Positions 33,264 to 34,356 of a stretch of DNA of 34,356 bases are shown one piece after another (position 1 is the first letter of the stretch; each line of letters starts with the position of its first letter). The notes beneath the pieces were generated by a model, which had not been told where the DNA came from, did no database searches, and worked only from the letters and a program-made list of their open reading frames with translations. The stretch is from assembly GCA_964400385.1 (NCBI GenBank), contig CAYNUZ010000003.1, positions 1-34,356 on the forward strand. Direction: 5' to 3'. Source of the DNA: an uncultured bacterium (lineage in GTDB: Bacteria; Oederibacteriota; CAKKQC01). Made by a program: the position numbers and the translations under genes.

Positions 33264-33281
33264 CCGCCCCCGCGGGGGCGG
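33264..33281 (+). terminator. 18-nt perfect GC palindrome (hairpin) after the beta-barrel gene, no U tract
   Basis: CCGCCCCCG|CGGGGGCGG, starting 27 nt after the stop at 33237. Confidence 0.35.
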
Positions 33282-33297
33282 GCCCGCGCCGAACCCG

Positions 33298-33303
33298 TAG
33301 AAT
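33298..33303 (+). promoter_or_regulatory. -10-like box TAGAAT, 8 nt upstream of GTG 33312 (leaderless-type promoter)
   Basis: Reads TAGAAT ggacggcg GTG. Confidence 0.35.
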
Positions 33304-33311
33304 GGACGGCG

Positions 33312-34356
33312 GTGGAAGCCAGAACCGAGTCCGTCACCGTCACCGAGCGCATCAAGCTGCTGGCGTGGGACGACGCCCTCCTCGAACGGCCGGTGCTGGT
33401 GGACCTCGTCTGCGCGGGCGAGGCCCACACCCTCAAGGAGCTCGCCGGCCGCATCCACCTCGGCGACCTGGTGGACGCGGTCCGCAAGGCCCACGAGAAG
33501 CTCCCGCGGCGGCGGAACCTGGCCGAGGCGGAGGCGGCCGCCGGCGGGGCGGGCGGGGCCGCGGCCGAGGGCCTGGTCTTCGAGCTCCCGCGCGAGCTCG
33601 TCAACAAGCGGTTCGTCCTTCCCGCGACGTTCGAGGAGGCGGTCCGGCACGAACTGTTCACCCGCAGCGGGTTCGGGCAGCTCCGGCCCTTCCTGACCGG
33701 GCACGGGGACGGCGGGCCGCTCCAGCGGCTCGGGATGCTCGGGCGGGCGGTCCAGGAGGAGCGCACCGCGGTCACGGATTCCCCGTTCTACTACGCCACG
33801 CTCCTGCAGGCCCTGAGTTTCCTCGCCGACCAGATCATCCGCAAGCAGGGCACGCCCGTGAAGATCAAGGAGGCGTTCGACACCCTGCGGGCCGAGCTCC
33901 GGCAGTGGACCGCGCGGTACGGCGCCGAGGTCCACCAGGCCGAGGCCGCCGCCCGGGTGCTGGCCAATCCCCTGGCCCCGTATGCGCTCCGGCGCACGGT
34001 GCCGCCGCCCTCCGTGACCGAGATCGCGGACCAGTACCTCTCGTACCCCAACGACTATGCCCTCACGCCGGACCTCCTCCACGCGCTGGACGCCCATTAC
34101 GAGGGGGATATCCGGCTGCTGATCGACGACGAGGCGGCCCAGGATGCGCTGCGGCAGCGGGTCTACCTCTACACGGACGCCGCGCTGGCGACGCTCCGGA
34201 TGCGGGACGAGGAGCGCGCCGCGCGGAAGCGCTTCGCCCTGCGGGCGGTCTGGCTGGCGGGCCTCGTGACCGCGAGCCTGGTCCTCCCATGGCTGCTCGC
34301 CCCCGCGCGGGGCGCCGCGATCGCGGCGAAGCTGGCCGACCCCGAGCTGCTCCGCC
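33312..34356 (+). CDS. hypothetical protein, 3'-truncated by the window edge
   Basis: Hand translation: VEARTESVTVTERIKLLAWDDALLERPVLVDLVCAGEAHTLKELAGRIHLGDLVDAVRKAHEKL...FYYATLLQALSFLADQIIRKQGTPVKIKEAF...RAVWLAGLVTASLVLPWLL... It is open to position 34356 with G/C-rich third positions. It is not in the ORF track because there is no stop. In-frame stop at 33261-33263; GTG 33312 is the first start. Confidence 0.75.
   Translation, partial: MEARTESVTVTERIKLLAWDDALLERPVLVDLVCAGEAHTLKELAGRIHLGDLVDAVRKAHEKLPRRRNLAEAEAAAGGAGGAAAEGLVFELPRELVNKRFVLPATFEEAVRHELFTRSGFGQLRPFLTGHGDGGPLQRLGMLGRAVQEERTAVTDSPFYYATLLQALSFLADQIIRKQGTPVKIKEAFDTLRAELRQWTARYGAEVHQAEAAARVLANPLAPYALRRTVPPPSVTEIADQYLSYPNDYALTPDLLHALDAHYEGDIRLLIDDEAAQDALRQRVYLYTDAALATLRMRDEERAARKRFALRAVWLAGLVTASLVLPWLLAPARGAAIAAKLADPELLR

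Noticed and set aside
33102-34097. 331-aa minus-strand ORF at the right end.
   Set aside because: It is an Arg/Gly/Pro/Glu-rich shadow. The plus frame from GTG 33312 is far more protein-like, has G/C third positions and stays open to the window edge.
1-34356. Search for CRISPR repeats, tRNA/rRNA genes, IS elements, integrases, phage or defence-system genes.
   Set aside because: No spaced direct repeats. No gap is long enough for or shaped like a tRNA. No transposase, integrase, nuclease, helicase or toxin-antitoxin-like ORF in any frame. All sizeable gaps are accounted for by promoter, leader or hairpin elements.

Overview
34.4-kb, very GC-rich bacterial chromosomal segment: hand-counted samples are about 70% GC, with G/C at nearly every third codon position. 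TolC-like, LolA-like and beta-barrel genes point to a diderm organism, but the phylum cannot be assigned from sequence alone. I saw no rRNA, tRNA, CRISPR array, transposase or integrase. I support 31 protein-coding genes plus one candidate leader ORF. Two genes are truncated by the window edges and are missing from the ORF track because they have no in-window stop. Most long ORFs in the track are antisense or out-of-frame shadows typical of high GC. Blocks: (i) 1-3514: small redox/hydrolase-type genes, including a Gfo/Idh/MocA oxidoreductase and a PhyH dioxygenase diverging from a 38-bp, apparently leaderless bidirectional promoter region. (ii) 3502-10497, minus strand: near-consensus sigma70 promoter -> SAM-I (S-box) riboswitch -> SD-driven 33-codon leader ORF whose stop overlaps (ATGA) the start of a NitT/TauT-type ABC ATPase -> permease (no binding protein) -> 1273-aa secreted DUF11/Cys-rich surface protein with a ~560-aa unassignable core -> orphan REC-HD-GYP response regulator. 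(iii) GH20-like and GH4 glycosidases. (iv) TetR-TolC-HlyD-two ABC ATPases-two ABC-2 permeases efflux operon (ybhGFSR-like) with one degenerate ATP site. (v) NagB-like/PfkB/Gfo/M20/YjcH-like/ActP operon. (vi) LolD-like ATPase, two FtsX permeases (one with a ~517-aa extracytoplasmic domain), a LolA-like protein and a beta-barrel candidate, forming a self-contained Lol/MacB-like envelope module without a membrane-fusion protein. The best candidates for something undescribed are blocks (ii) and (vi).
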